Assembly: GCA_036402735.1 (NCBI GenBank)
Contig: DASWSH010000212.1
Location: 1-49,695 of the forward strand
Direction: 5' to 3'
Source: Solirubrobacteraceae bacterium
Lineage (GTDB): Bacteria > Actinomycetota > Thermoleophilia > Solirubrobacterales > Solirubrobacteraceae
DNA length: 49,695 bases
Part shown: in pieces, positions 27,023 through 35,822 of the stretch
Position numbering within the stretch: the first letter of the stretch is position 1
Layout of the letters: each line of letters begins with the position of its first letter
Program-made: the position numbers and the translations under genes
Notes under the pieces: model-generated
Databases searched by the model: none
The model's input: the letters and a program-made list of their open reading frames with translations, nothing else
What the model was told of the DNA's origin: nothing

Positions 27023-27478
27023 CTATGCGCCGCCCGGAGCGCCGGGACCGCCCGGACCGCCGGGACCGCCCTGCATGACGTTGAGCGAGCTGTCGAGGTG
27101 GACCTCGACGGTGCTGCCGTCCGCCTTCGTGACGGTCGTCTCATAGCCGGAGCCGGTGAAGTCGCTCGTCACCGCTCCGGCTTTGCCGCTGCCGACGCTC
27201 TTCACTGCGGCGGCCTGCGCTTTGCTGGCAGCGTCGCCGCTGACCGCTTTCTCCGCGTCCTCGTGCGCGGCGCTGCCGTGCGCGGGCATCGAAGGCGCGG
27301 CGTGGGTGCTCGAGGAGCTGGACGAGCCCGTCGAAGCGGTGCCGCTCTGAGTTCCCGTCGTGCCGGTCCCGGAGGTGGCCGTCGAGGAGTTCGCAGCGCC
27401 GGCGATCGCCGAGCCGCCGAGCGCGAGCGCGGCGAGCGCCGCGACGGCCGCGGTGCCGTTTCTGATCGATTTGAGCAT
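27023..27478 (-). CDS. Secreted PepSY-like domain protein
   Basis: Signal peptide MLKSIRNGTAAVAALAALALGGSAIAGA, Ser/Thr linker, YETTVTKADGSTVEVHLD, GGP-repeat tail; GAAAGGA SD. Confidence 0.8.
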   Translation of the reverse strand: MLKSIRNGTAAVAALAALALGGSAIAGAANSSTATSGTGTTGTQSGTASTGSSSSSSTHAAPSMPAHGSAAHEDAEKAVSGDAASKAQAAAVKSVGSGKAGAVTSDFTGSGYETTVTKADGSTVEVHLDSSLNVMQGGPGGPGGPGAPGGA

Positions 27479-27563
27479 TGCTCGTGTCCTTTCGGTGGTC
27501 CGGGCAAGCCCCGGATTCGCGACAGACGATCGCCGGCGCGCGCGAGCGTTCGTGTCGAGGACG

Positions 27564-27580
27564 ATGGGAAAACACTGAGA
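27564..27580 (-). promoter_or_regulatory. MprA/OmpR-type direct repeat
   Basis: TCTCAG-N5-TCCCAT on the minus strand about 85 nt upstream of the PepSY-like gene. Confidence 0.5.
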
Positions 27581-27666
27581 ATCGACCACGTCGCCACGCC
27601 GCGACGGGTCCGTCCGGCACGTCGCACGCGCGGCGGCGAGGGTGTGCCGCAAACGCCTCGCGGAGA

Positions 27667-28644
27667 CTAGGCGGTGGTGGCGCTGAGGTCGACGCCGGCC
27701 GCCTGCAGCGACAGCCGTGCGGCGTGATCGAAGGCGGCCGCGAGCGCGCGGGCTGCCGTGCGCTCCTGCGCGATGATGTGCTCGGCAATACGCGCTGTGT
27801 GGTCGTCCTGCGCGATGCGCGCGACCCTCAGCAGATGCTCGTAGCCGCCGATCTCAAGGTGCTCGAAGGCGAAAGCGAAGGCGGTGAGCTTGCCGGGCGT
27901 GTCCGGATGCGCCTGGAAGAATCCGCCCCAGTTCAGCGCGCCGAGCTTCATCGCGGCGTCCTTCAGATGCGAGGGTCCGGCGTCCAGTTCGCTGAGCCGC
28001 GACTCGAGCAGTTGCGCGTGCTCGCGAGTCTCCTCGAGATGCGCTTCGAACAGGCTCGCCAGCAGCTCGTCCTCGACGATCTTCGGTGCGCGCTCGAGCA
28101 GCGTCGTCGACTGCATCTCGATCGCGTGGGCGTCGGCGAGGTAGCCCGTCAGGTGCGCGGCTGCGTCGCGGCCTTGCAGCGATGCGGCGGTCGTGAGGTC
28201 GAAGCTGTTCGCGAGCCGCTCTGCCATCGCCCGCTCCTGCGCCGCGATCGCCGAGGCGATGCGCACCACCGGTTCCTCGCCCGCGATGCGCGCGACCGTG
28301 CGCAGCAGCTCGTAGGAGGCGAGCTCGAGGTGCTCGTAGGAGTAGGCGTGCGTCGCGAGCTTGCCCGGCGTGTCCGGCTGCAGGCGCGCGAACAGCACGA
28401 AGCCGGCACCGCCCGCGCGCATCACCGCCTCCTTGATCGCCGACGGCTCGGCGTGACGCTCGGCGAGCGCTTCCGCCACCGCGATCTCGTGGCCTTCGGT
28501 CTCCTCCAGATGAGCCGCGAAGCTGGCCGCGACCGCGGGATCGCCCGCGAGCTCGGGCGCGCGTCGCAACTGCACGAGCGCCTGCTCCTCGATCGCGTGA
28601 GCGTCGATGAGGTACTTCGTCAGCTGCTCGTGCAGCGTCGTCAT
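27667..28644 (-). CDS. Tandem DUF892 (YciE/YciF ferritin-like) protein
   Basis: Two copies of YLxDAHAIExQ..HLEET..PDTPGKL..EHLExxxY. Confidence 0.9.
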   Translation of the reverse strand: MTTLHEQLTKYLIDAHAIEEQALVQLRRAPELAGDPAVAASFAAHLEETEGHEIAVAEALAERHAEPSAIKEAVMRAGGAGFVLFARLQPDTPGKLATHAYSYEHLELASYELLRTVARIAGEEPVVRIASAIAAQERAMAERLANSFDLTTAASLQGRDAAAHLTGYLADAHAIEMQSTTLLERAPKIVEDELLASLFEAHLEETREHAQLLESRLSELDAGPSHLKDAAMKLGALNWGGFFQAHPDTPGKLTAFAFAFEHLEIGGYEHLLRVARIAQDDHTARIAEHIIAQERTAARALAAAFDHAARLSLQAAGVDLSATTA

Positions 28645-29600
28645 CGTTTGGCGCCGGCCTGCGCCCGCGCTCGGGTGCTGCGGGTCTGCGTGCGACTCGC
28701 AGTTTTTCGCGCTGTCGTCGTTTTGCGTGCGCCGGCTTTGCTCGCGCCACCGCGGCCCGCGCTGTTGCGGCTTGCGCCGGCTTTGCGCGTGGCGGCTTTG
28801 CCGGCGCCCGCTTTGCGTGTGCTCGCTTTGGTCGCGCCTGCTTTGCTCCGGCCCGCTTTGCTCGCGCCCGCTTTGGTCGCGCTCGCTTTGCTCCGGCCGG
28901 CTTTGGTCGCGCTCGCTTTGCTGCGGCCCGCTTTGCTCGCGCCGGCTTTGCCCGCGCTGCGTTTGGCCGCTGCTTTGCTGCTCGCGGCGCTGCGCGTGGA
29001 GCTGCGACCGCCGTTGCGTCGCGCGTTCGATGCGGCGCGCCGCTGGCCGGCAGGGATCTCTTCCTGCGCGACGGCTTTCGTAAGACCGGGGATCTGTCGC
29101 TCGAGGAAGCGCGCCATCGCCTCCTCCTCGCGGCGGATCGCGCGCGCGACTTTGGCGGTCTCGCTGTCACCGACGGTCTGCGCGAGCGCCTCGATCGCGG
29201 TGTAGGTCGCGATCTCCTCGTGCTCTTCGCGGTACTCGGTCTTGGCGTTCTTGAGCATCTTCTCCTGCTCGCCGGTGCCGCGCAGCGCGTGCAGCGGCCC
29301 CTGTGCGACGGCAAGCGCGCGGCTGCCGACCTCGATCGCGACCTGTGCACCTTTTGCGACCGGCTCGGGGGCGTCGATCGGGTGGGACTCGGCGCGGCCG
29401 CCGAGCTGTTTGACACGCCGTTCGAGCAGTCGCGCGTGCTGCTTGGTCTCGTTGAGGTGCTGCTGAAGCCGTTTCTTGTACGGCGCGCGGGTCGTCATGC
29501 CGATGTGCGCCTGCAGCGCTGTCTCGAGTTCCCGCTCCTTGCCGTATGCCTCGTTCAGGTACTGCACGAGCTTCGCGTCGCGGGCGTCAAGCTCTGCCAT
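28641..29600 (-). CDS. DUF892 ferritin-like protein with Lys/Ala/Arg-rich histone-like C-terminal tail
   Basis: YLNEAYGKE..HLNETKQH..EHEEIATY..IRREEEAM, followed by about 130 aa of KAGxS/KASAT repeats. Confidence 0.9.
   Translation of the reverse strand: MAELDARDAKLVQYLNEAYGKERELETALQAHIGMTTRAPYKKRLQQHLNETKQHARLLERRVKQLGGRAESHPIDAPEPVAKGAQVAIEVGSRALAVAQGPLHALRGTGEQEKMLKNAKTEYREEHEEIATYTAIEALAQTVGDSETAKVARAIRREEEAMARFLERQIPGLTKAVAQEEIPAGQRRAASNARRNGGRSSTRSAASSKAAAKRSAGKAGASKAGRSKASATKAGRSKASATKAGASKAGRSKAGATKASTRKAGAGKAATRKAGASRNSAGRGGASKAGARKTTTARKTASRTQTRSTRARAQAGAKR
28720..28980 (-). repeat. Coding 15-bp (5-aa) tandem repeats
   Basis: Recurrent GCTTTG(C/G)TC units about every 15 nt, encoding KAGRS/KASAT/KAGAS. 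Confidence 0.85.
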
Positions 29601-29648
29601 GTCTACCTCCTGCCGTCATGGGTCTCGGGGGCGGTCCATACGTCGCCC

Positions 29649-29675
29649 CTACCCACTCCCCTGCTTGCGAATCTC
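29649..29675 (-). promoter_or_regulatory. sigmaF/sigmaB-type promoter for the DUF892 pair
   Basis: GAGATT-N15-GGGTAG about 48 nt upstream of ATG 29600 (SD AGGAGG). Confidence 0.6.
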
Positions 29676-29686
29676 CCAAACCGGAC

Positions 29687-30910
29687 CTAGCCGACGGTCG
29701 TGGCGAGGCGCCCGCGCAGGAAGCGCCGCTCCTGCTCGTTGCCGGTGAGCGCGAGTGCCGCGCGGTACTCCTCGCGCGCCTCGTCGTGCCGTCCGAGCCG
29801 TCGCAGCAGATCGGCGCGCGTCGCGTGGAACGGCTGGTAGTTCTCGAGCGGGAGCTGCTCGAGCTCGCGCAGCGCGGCGTCGGCGCCGGCCGTTTCGGCG
29901 ACGGCGATCGCGCGGTTCATGCGCACGATCGGCGTCGAGGAGAACGCGAGCAGCTGGTCGTAGAGCGCGAGGATCTGGCGCCAGTCGGTCTCCTCGGCGC
30001 GGACGGCGTCGCTGTGCACCGCGTTGATCGCGGCCTGGATCTGGAATGAGCCGGGTTCGCCGCGGCGCAGCAGTCGCCGCACGAGGTCCTGCCCCTCCTC
30101 GACCTCCGCGCGCAGCCACAGCGTGCGGTCCTGATCGGCGAGCAGCACGAGCGAGCCGTCGGCGCCGCTGCGGGCGGGCCGCCGCGCGTCGATCAGCAGC
30201 AGCAGCGCGAGCAGCCCCAGAGCCTCGGGCTCGTCCGGCATCAGCTCGGCGAGCAGCCGCGCGAGGCGGATCGCTTCGGCACACAGCTCCGTGCGGATCA
30301 GCTCCTCGCCCTCGCTCGCCGTGTAGCCCTCGTTGAAGATCAGATACACGACGGTCAGCACCGAGCGCAGGCGCGCGGGCAGCTCGGCATCCTCCGGCAC
30401 CCGGTAGGGGATGCCCGCAGCGCTGATCTTGCGCTTCGCGCGCACGAGCCGCTGTGCCATCGTCGCCTCGCTGACGAGGAAGCCGCGCGCGATCTGCTGC
30501 GTCTGCAGACCGCCGAGCAGCCGCAGCGTGAGCGCGATGCGGGCGGCAGGAGCGAGCGCGGGATGGCAGCACATGAAGATCAGGCGCAGCCTGTCGTCGC
30601 CGATCGGCCCCTCGTCCGCGTCGTTCGGGATCAGGTTCATCGCGTGCTCCTGGCGCTCGCTGCGCGTCGACTCGCGGCGCAGGACGTTGATCGCGCGGTT
30701 GCGCGCCGTCGTCGTGATCCAGCCGCCGGGGTTCGGCGGCAGGCCGTCGCGCGGCCAGCGCTGCAATGCGATCACGAACGCGTCCTGTACGGACTCCTCG
30801 GCGAGGTCGATGCTGCGGAACTGCCGGATCAGCGTCGCGATCACGCTGCCCGACTCCCGCCGGAAGATCGCCTCGACCTCGCCTGCCGCGAGAGGGTCGC
30901 CTGCGGTCAA
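29687..30910 (-). CDS. ECF sigma factor with C-terminal TPR-like extension (ECF42-like)
   Basis: [62 protein letters not shown]; TTG 30910 overlaps the YciI stop. Confidence 0.92.
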   Translation of the reverse strand: MTAGDPLAAGEVEAIFRRESGSVIATLIRQFRSIDLAEESVQDAFVIALQRWPRDGLPPNPGGWITTTARNRAINVLRRESTRSERQEHAMNLIPNDADEGPIGDDRLRLIFMCCHPALAPAARIALTLRLLGGLQTQQIARGFLVSEATMAQRLVRAKRKISAAGIPYRVPEDAELPARLRSVLTVVYLIFNEGYTASEGEELIRTELCAEAIRLARLLAELMPDEPEALGLLALLLLIDARRPARSGADGSLVLLADQDRTLWLRAEVEEGQDLVRRLLRRGEPGSFQIQAAINAVHSDAVRAEETDWRQILALYDQLLAFSSTPIVRMNRAIAVAETAGADAALRELEQLPLENYQPFHATRADLLRRLGRHDEAREEYRAALALTGNEQERRFLRGRLATTVG

Positions 30911-31266
30911 TCCTCCGGGCCCCCCTCGAAGGGCCGCACCTCGACGGGACTCCCGCAGGCACGGGCGCCCTTGCCGGCCCATGCGATCGCCGCGTCGAGG
31001 TCCGGCGCCTCGATCACCCAGAAGCCGCCGAGGTGCTCCTTGGACTCGGCGTACGGCCCGTCGGTCAGCACCGTCTCCTCGTTCTCGATGCGCACGACCG
31101 TCGCCGTGTCGGGAGCCTGCAGGCCACCGGCGAAGACCCACGCACCGGCCGATTTGACCTCCTCGTTGAAGGCGCCGACGGCGCCGTATGTCTGCTCCAT
31201 CTCATCCTGCGCGGGAATCGCCCCGTAGTCGACGCCCTGGACTGACAGCAGGTACTGGGTCATCAC
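30907..31266 (-). CDS. YciI/DGPF family protein
   Basis: [35 protein letters not shown]. Confidence 0.92.
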   Translation of the reverse strand: MMTQYLLSVQGVDYGAIPAQDEMEQTYGAVGAFNEEVKSAGAWVFAGGLQAPDTATVVRIENEETVLTDGPYAESKEHLGGFWVIEAPDLDAAIAWAGKGARACGSPVEVRPFEGGPED

Positions 31267-31315
31267 GTTCTCCTTTGCGGTTCGCGAGCCGCCCGTTGCG
31301 GCTCTCCAACCTGAC

Positions 31316-31343
31316 TACAAACGGAGACCCCGCGAAATCGACA
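31316..31343 (-). promoter_or_regulatory. ECF42-type autoregulated promoter
   Basis: TGTCGA -35 followed by a degenerate -10 (CGTTTGTA) upstream of the DGPF gene. Confidence 0.5.
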
Positions 31344-31462
31344 GCTTCGAAAATATTTTTATATCGGGGGTTCCTGCCGCCGGCGATCCCGGTCCACGGG
31401 CCGAGCGCCGGCCGAAGCCGCGGCCCGGGCGGGCATCACGCCAATCCGGGACAATCCAGGCC

Positions 31463-31798
31463 GTGCTCGTGCTGATCGGCGACATCCAGGCGCAGATCCC
31501 ACGTCGAGCCGAGCTCGAGGCGGCCATGCTCGCCGCGCAGTCCGACGCGCGCGAGCAGGACGGCTGCATCTCCTTCTCGTTCGCCGCGGCGGTCGGCGAG
31601 CCGGGGCACTTCCTGGTGGTTGAGCGATGGCGCGACCGGGCCGCGATGGAGGCCCACTTCCGCTCGCCCTCGTTCGTCGCCTATCAGGCTGCCATCACCG
31701 GCCTGCTGGCGCGCGACACGGAGCTGCGCGTCTACACCGTGACCGACGCATCGCTGCCGGTGGACTCCTCCGGCCTGGACCTCGCGAACGACGAGTGA
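31463..31798 (+). CDS. Antibiotic biosynthesis monooxygenase (ABM) family protein
   Basis: REQDGCISFSF..FLVVERWRDRAAMEAHFRSP. Confidence 0.85.
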   Translation: MLVLIGDIQAQIPRRAELEAAMLAAQSDAREQDGCISFSFAAAVGEPGHFLVVERWRDRAAMEAHFRSPSFVAYQAAITGLLARDTELRVYTVTDASLPVDSSGLDLANDE

Positions 31799-31872
31799 GC
31801 GGCGCGCCGGCGATCTCGTGCGGCCGGCAGGTCCCTCGCCGGCGCCTCTGATCACGCGCCCAGCGACGCCGC

Positions 31873-33303
31873 TCACCCCGCTGCGGCGGCGCGCTTGCGT
31901 CGCTTCGCGCGCGTGCTCTTGCCGCCGAGCAGCTTCTCGAGCTCATCCAGCGCCTGGCCCATGTAGACCGCGAGACGCTGCAGATGCGGCATCGTGTCGC
32001 GCGCGCCCGTGAAGCCGAAGTTGAGCGTGCCGGCGTAGCTCACACAGGTGATGTTGAGCGCGTTGCCGTGCGTGAGCAGCGACAGCGGGAACAGCGAGTC
32101 CAGACGCGAGCCGTTCATGTACAGCGGCTCGACCGGGCCGGGCACGTTCGAGATGCCGAGGTTGAACGGCACGGGCGCGTGCCCGCCGAGGCCGAGCATC
32201 AGGCCGCCGACATACGGCGCGTTGAGCAGCAACGTGTAGGAGGTGCGCGCGGCGTCGGGCAGCCGGCTCAGATGGCCCTTCGCCTCGCGCGTCGACGCGC
32301 GCACCGCCTGCAGGCGCTCGCGCGGGTCGGCGACGTTCGTGCCGAGCTCAACGATCATGAAGGCGATCGAGGTGCCCATCGACTGGTCATCGGCCGCGCG
32401 CAGGTTGACGGGCACGCCGGCGGTCAGCGTCTGCTCGGGCAGCTGCGCGTGCTCGAGCAGGTAGCGGCGCAGCGCGCTGCCGCTGAGGTAGAGGACGATG
32501 TCGTTGACCGTGCACTCGCCGGCTCTGGCGAGCCGCTTGATCCGCGCGAACTCGTACTGCTGGGTCGCGAAGCGGCGCTGGCCGCCCAGCCGCGCACCCA
32601 GCACCGACGAGGGCGTGCGGTACGGAGCATGCAATGGGCGCTCGTCGACCGCTGCCAGGCCCAGGTCGAGCGCCGCGCGCGAGAGGCCGGCCGCCGCCTC
32701 TGCGCCGGCGCGCAGCATCCCGAACGGCATCCCGATCCCGCCGGCGCCGTTGTGCTCGGCGGGCGCACGCGGCGCGCGCTCGCCCGCGCCGACCGTCCAG
32801 AAGGCAGACGTGCCGCCTTTCTTCGGATCGCGCGAGAGCATGCGCATGATCAGCCGCATGGCGCTCACGCCGTCGACCAGCGAGTGGTGCATCTTGCTGT
32901 AGATCGCGAAGCGATCCCGTTCCAGCCCCTCGATCAGGTGCACCTCCCACAGCGGCCGGTGCAGGTCGAGCTGGTGGCTGTGCAGCCGCGAGACGAGCAC
33001 GCCCAGCTCGCGCTGGCCCCCGGGGTGCGGCAGCGCCGAGTGCCGCACGTGGTAGTCGAGGTCGATGTCGTGGACTTCACGCATCAGCGGCAGGCGCGAT
33101 CCGAGCAGCGGCGCCTCCACGAGCTGCAGGTTCCACGGCGCGGGAGTCGCACGCGCCTCGCGCATGCGCTCGAACTCGCGCTCCAGGTAGTCCGCCGGCG
33201 CGCCCTGCGGCAGCGTGAACTCGAACAGCCCGCCGACGTGCATCGGCGTGTCGCGCGACTCCAGCGCGAGCCAGGCCGCATCGAGCGGAGAGACCCGTCG
33301 CAT
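31873..33303 (-). CDS. Wax ester synthase/diacylglycerol acyltransferase (WS/DGAT)
   Basis: TPMHVG, RPLWE, catalytic HHSLVDG, ISNVPGP, LNITCVSY. Confidence 0.95.
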   Translation of the reverse strand: MRRVSPLDAAWLALESRDTPMHVGGLFEFTLPQGAPADYLEREFERMREARATPAPWNLQLVEAPLLGSRLPLMREVHDIDLDYHVRHSALPHPGGQRELGVLVSRLHSHQLDLHRPLWEVHLIEGLERDRFAIYSKMHHSLVDGVSAMRLIMRMLSRDPKKGGTSAFWTVGAGERAPRAPAEHNGAGGIGMPFGMLRAGAEAAAGLSRAALDLGLAAVDERPLHAPYRTPSSVLGARLGGQRRFATQQYEFARIKRLARAGECTVNDIVLYLSGSALRRYLLEHAQLPEQTLTAGVPVNLRAADDQSMGTSIAFMIVELGTNVADPRERLQAVRASTREAKGHLSRLPDAARTSYTLLLNAPYVGGLMLGLGGHAPVPFNLGISNVPGPVEPLYMNGSRLDSLFPLSLLTHGNALNITCVSYAGTLNFGFTGARDTMPHLQRLAVYMGQALDELEKLLGGKSTRAKRRKRAAAAG

Positions 33304-33355
33304 CCTCAGCCCATCCTCCCTTCGCCCCTCCCCTGGGGTTTCACCTCGGACGAGC

Positions 33356-33733
33356 CTACCGTCCCCTCGTCGCAGCGGTCTCGCCGAGCGCGAACCACAC
33401 CGTCTTGCCGCGCGCCGTCGGGATCACGCCCCAGCGGTCGGACATCGCCTCGACGATCGCAAGGCCACGGCCGGTGGGCTCCTCAGGTGTCGGCGAGAGC
33501 ACCGTCGGCTTGCCGCCGCCGTGGTCGCGCACCTCGATGCGCACCGGGTCGCGGGAGCGGACCGCGACCTCGAAGTCGCTGCCGGCGTGGCGCACGCAGT
33601 TGCTCGCCAGCTCGGAGGTCAGCAGCTCCGCCGCCTCGACCAGCTCCGTGTCCCTGCCCACGAGCTGCTCGCGGACGAACCGCCGGGCCGCGCTGACCCC
33701 GGTGGGCTCCCCTGCGAAGCGCTTCGTGCTCAT
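33356..33733 (-). CDS. RsbW-like anti-sigma factor/Ser kinase (HATPase)
   Basis: AARRFV..ELLTSELASNCVRHA..EVRDHGGG..GRGLAIV..WG..GKTVWF. Confidence 0.9.
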   Translation of the reverse strand: MSTKRFAGEPTGVSAARRFVREQLVGRDTELVEAAELLTSELASNCVRHAGSDFEVAVRSRDPVRIEVRDHGGGKPTVLSPTPEEPTGRGLAIVEAMSDRWGVIPTARGKTVWFALGETAATRGR

Positions 33734-34059
33734 CAGGACTCGATCGCGAAAACGTCTGTCAGGCCCGTCAGCTCGAGCAGCCGGCGCACGGCATGCGAGA
33801 CGCCGCGCAGGCGCACCGTCTCGACCTGTGAGACGGCGCCGAGCAGCACGGCGATGCCCGCGCTGTCCATGAAGCGCAGCCGGGACAGGTCGAAGGTCAG
33901 CCTGCTCGGTCGCTTCTCCACGATCGAGCTGACGACGGACTTCAGCTGCTCGACGCTCGCGATGTCGAGGTCGCCCGACACCTTCACGACAGGACCGTCC
34001 CCGTCGACTTCGGTCTCAACGACCAGCGGCTCGGCCGCGCCGTGCTCTAGTTCTGCCAT
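33733..34059 (-). CDS. STAS domain anti-anti-sigma factor
   Basis: VSGDLDIAS..DLSRLRFMDSAGIAVL (phospho-Ser motif)..LLELTGL. Confidence 0.92.
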   Translation of the reverse strand: MAELEHGAAEPLVVETEVDGDGPVVKVSGDLDIASVEQLKSVVSSIVEKRPSRLTFDLSRLRFMDSAGIAVLLGAVSQVETVRLRGVSHAVRRLLELTGLTDVFAIES

Positions 34060-35699
34060 CGCACGCTCACCAGGGCGGTGTCGTCGCGGTGATCCTCGGA
34101 GGTGAGCTCCTCCGCCAGCCGCGCAAGCAGCTGCGCGTCGCGCATGTGCGCGGCGAGCGCTGCGGAGCGCAGGCGCTCGAGCCCCTCGTCGAGCACCTCG
34201 CCGCGGCGCTCGACGAGGCCGTCGGTGAAGGCGACCAGTGTCGCGGCGGCAGGCACATCGACGGTCGTCTCGCGCAGCGGCGCGCCGTGCGGGAAGCCGA
34301 TCGGCGCCTCCGGTTCGAGCTTGACGAACCGGCCTTCCTCGCCGTTCAGCAGCAGCGGCGCGAGGTGGCCTGCGCTCGCGAACGTGACGCGATGCTCATC
34401 CACGCTTATCAGGCCGCATAGCACGGTTGCAAAATAGTCGTTCGTCCGGCTGCGCACGAAGTCCGAGAGCTTCGCGAGCACGACGCCCGGGCGGTAGTCC
34501 TCGGCAACGTATGCCAGCGTCGCGTGCCGCACCAGCGCCATCGTGGTCGCCGCCTGCACGCCGTGCCCGGACACGTCCCCGATCACGAGCAGCCCGCGAT
34601 CGCCGTCGAGCGGCACGATGTCATACCAGTCTCCGCCGATGTCGCCGCCGGCCTGCGCGGGCACGTAGCGGGCGTTCACGCGCAGGCCCGCCATCTCCGG
34701 CAGCTTCTGGGGCAGCAGCTCGTGCTGGAGCGTCTGCGCGATGCTGCGCTGCTCGATGTAGCGCTCGCGTGTCTCGGAGGCGACCTGGTCGAGCCGCCGC
34801 GCGAGCTGCTCGGCGCGGCGGCGCCCGCGCACGAGGCGGTCGGTCAGGGCGGCCGCGAACAGCGCGACGAGCAGGCCGACGAGCGCCGTGATCCAGGGCA
34901 CGCTGTCGAAGAAGCTGCCGCTGAGCGACCCGCGCGGGGTGACGACGAGCGTGAAAGCGCCGCTGCCGAACGGCACGACGCGCGAGGACTGCAGCCCGTG
35001 CACCGGCAGCGTCTTGACGCTCGAGAGCAGCAGGTCGCGGTTGCGCTGCGAGCGGCCGAGGTAGATCACGTAGTTGAGATCCGAGAAGGCGCTGTTGCTC
35101 TCGAGTTTCGAGCGGCGGTTGGCGGGCAGCGGGTTTTCGGCGTAGACGAGGTAGTTCGAGCTGGCGCCGGCCCTGTAGGCGAAGCCGAGGCTCGGCTTGG
35201 CTCGTTCGAGCATGCCGGTCAGGTTCAGCGTGTCGGAGCGCCGCGCCAGCCGCTGGATCGTCGGCCCCAGTTGGGGCAGCGACTGCGGTGTGGCGCCGAG
35301 CACGACCAGCGGCCGCGGTTCGGCCCCGAGACGCCACAGCGAGATCGAGGCGAACTGCCGCCCGGTGCCCACGAACGGCGCCATGAACGTGCGAAAGCGG
35401 CGCAGGTCACCGGCCGTCGAGTCCGCCAGCGCGGCGCCCGAGGCGACCGGCGTCTGCACCGAGGTGACGGCCGCGCTCAGCACGAGGCTGACCTCGCGCG
35501 CGCGCAGGTTCAGCAGCCGCCGCTCGTTGTGTTTGTAGAGGATCAGCGAGGTGACCGAGAGCACAGCGGTGATCGCGGCGGCGACGAGAAACGCGCCGAG
35601 CGCAGCCGCCGAGGGACGCCAGCGCCGAGCGGCGCCGGCGTTCTCGCCGGCGTCCCTCTCCCCTGTCGCACCCTCCTCGTGAGGCGTCGCAGCGTCCAC
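34047..35699 (-). CDS. Membrane-bound PP2C/SpoIIE phosphatase with extracytoplasmic sensor domain
   Basis: Two TMs around a ~220-aa loop; GGDWYD, IGDVSGHG, SAGH, FTDGL, DDTAL. Start estimated at GTG 35699; the longer track ORF overlaps the opposite-strand gene. Confidence 0.88.
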   Translation of the reverse strand: MDAATPHEEGATGERDAGENAGAARRWRPSAAALGAFLVAAAITAVLSVTSLILYKHNERRLLNLRAREVSLVLSAAVTSVQTPVASGAALADSTAGDLRRFRTFMAPFVGTGRQFASISLWRLGAEPRPLVVLGATPQSLPQLGPTIQRLARRSDTLNLTGMLERAKPSLGFAYRAGASSNYLVYAENPLPANRRSKLESNSAFSDLNYVIYLGRSQRNRDLLLSSVKTLPVHGLQSSRVVPFGSGAFTLVVTPRGSLSGSFFDSVPWITALVGLLVALFAAALTDRLVRGRRRAEQLARRLDQVASETRERYIEQRSIAQTLQHELLPQKLPEMAGLRVNARYVPAQAGGDIGGDWYDIVPLDGDRGLLVIGDVSGHGVQAATTMALVRHATLAYVAEDYRPGVVLAKLSDFVRSRTNDYFATVLCGLISVDEHRVTFASAGHLAPLLLNGEEGRFVKLEPEAPIGFPHGAPLRETTVDVPAAATLVAFTDGLVERRGEVLDEGLERLRSAALAAHMRDAQLLARLAEELTSEDHRDDTALVSVRWQN

Positions 35700-35822
35700 G
35701 TGCCGCCGGGACTCTACCTGAGCCGAGGAACGTCGAGACGCGGGCAACGGCACGGACGCGGCGCCGTTGCCGGCGGCGCGGCGTGGCACGAGCCGGCTTG
35801 CAATACGCTGCTCGGCCTGCCC

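Noticed and set aside
28720-28980. Regular short repeats resembling a CRISPR array or iterons
   Set aside because: 15-nt in-frame coding repeats with no unique spacers and no cas genes.
27478-29416. Long ORFs 27478-29205 (+, Leu/Ala/Pro repeats) and 27854-29416 (-, AKRAR repeats)
   Set aside because: Antisense and shifted-frame shadows of the DUF892 genes and their repeat tail.
30911-31141. N-terminal extension of the ECF sigma ORF
   Set aside because: Overlaps the DGPF gene out of frame; TTG 30910 is the coupled start.
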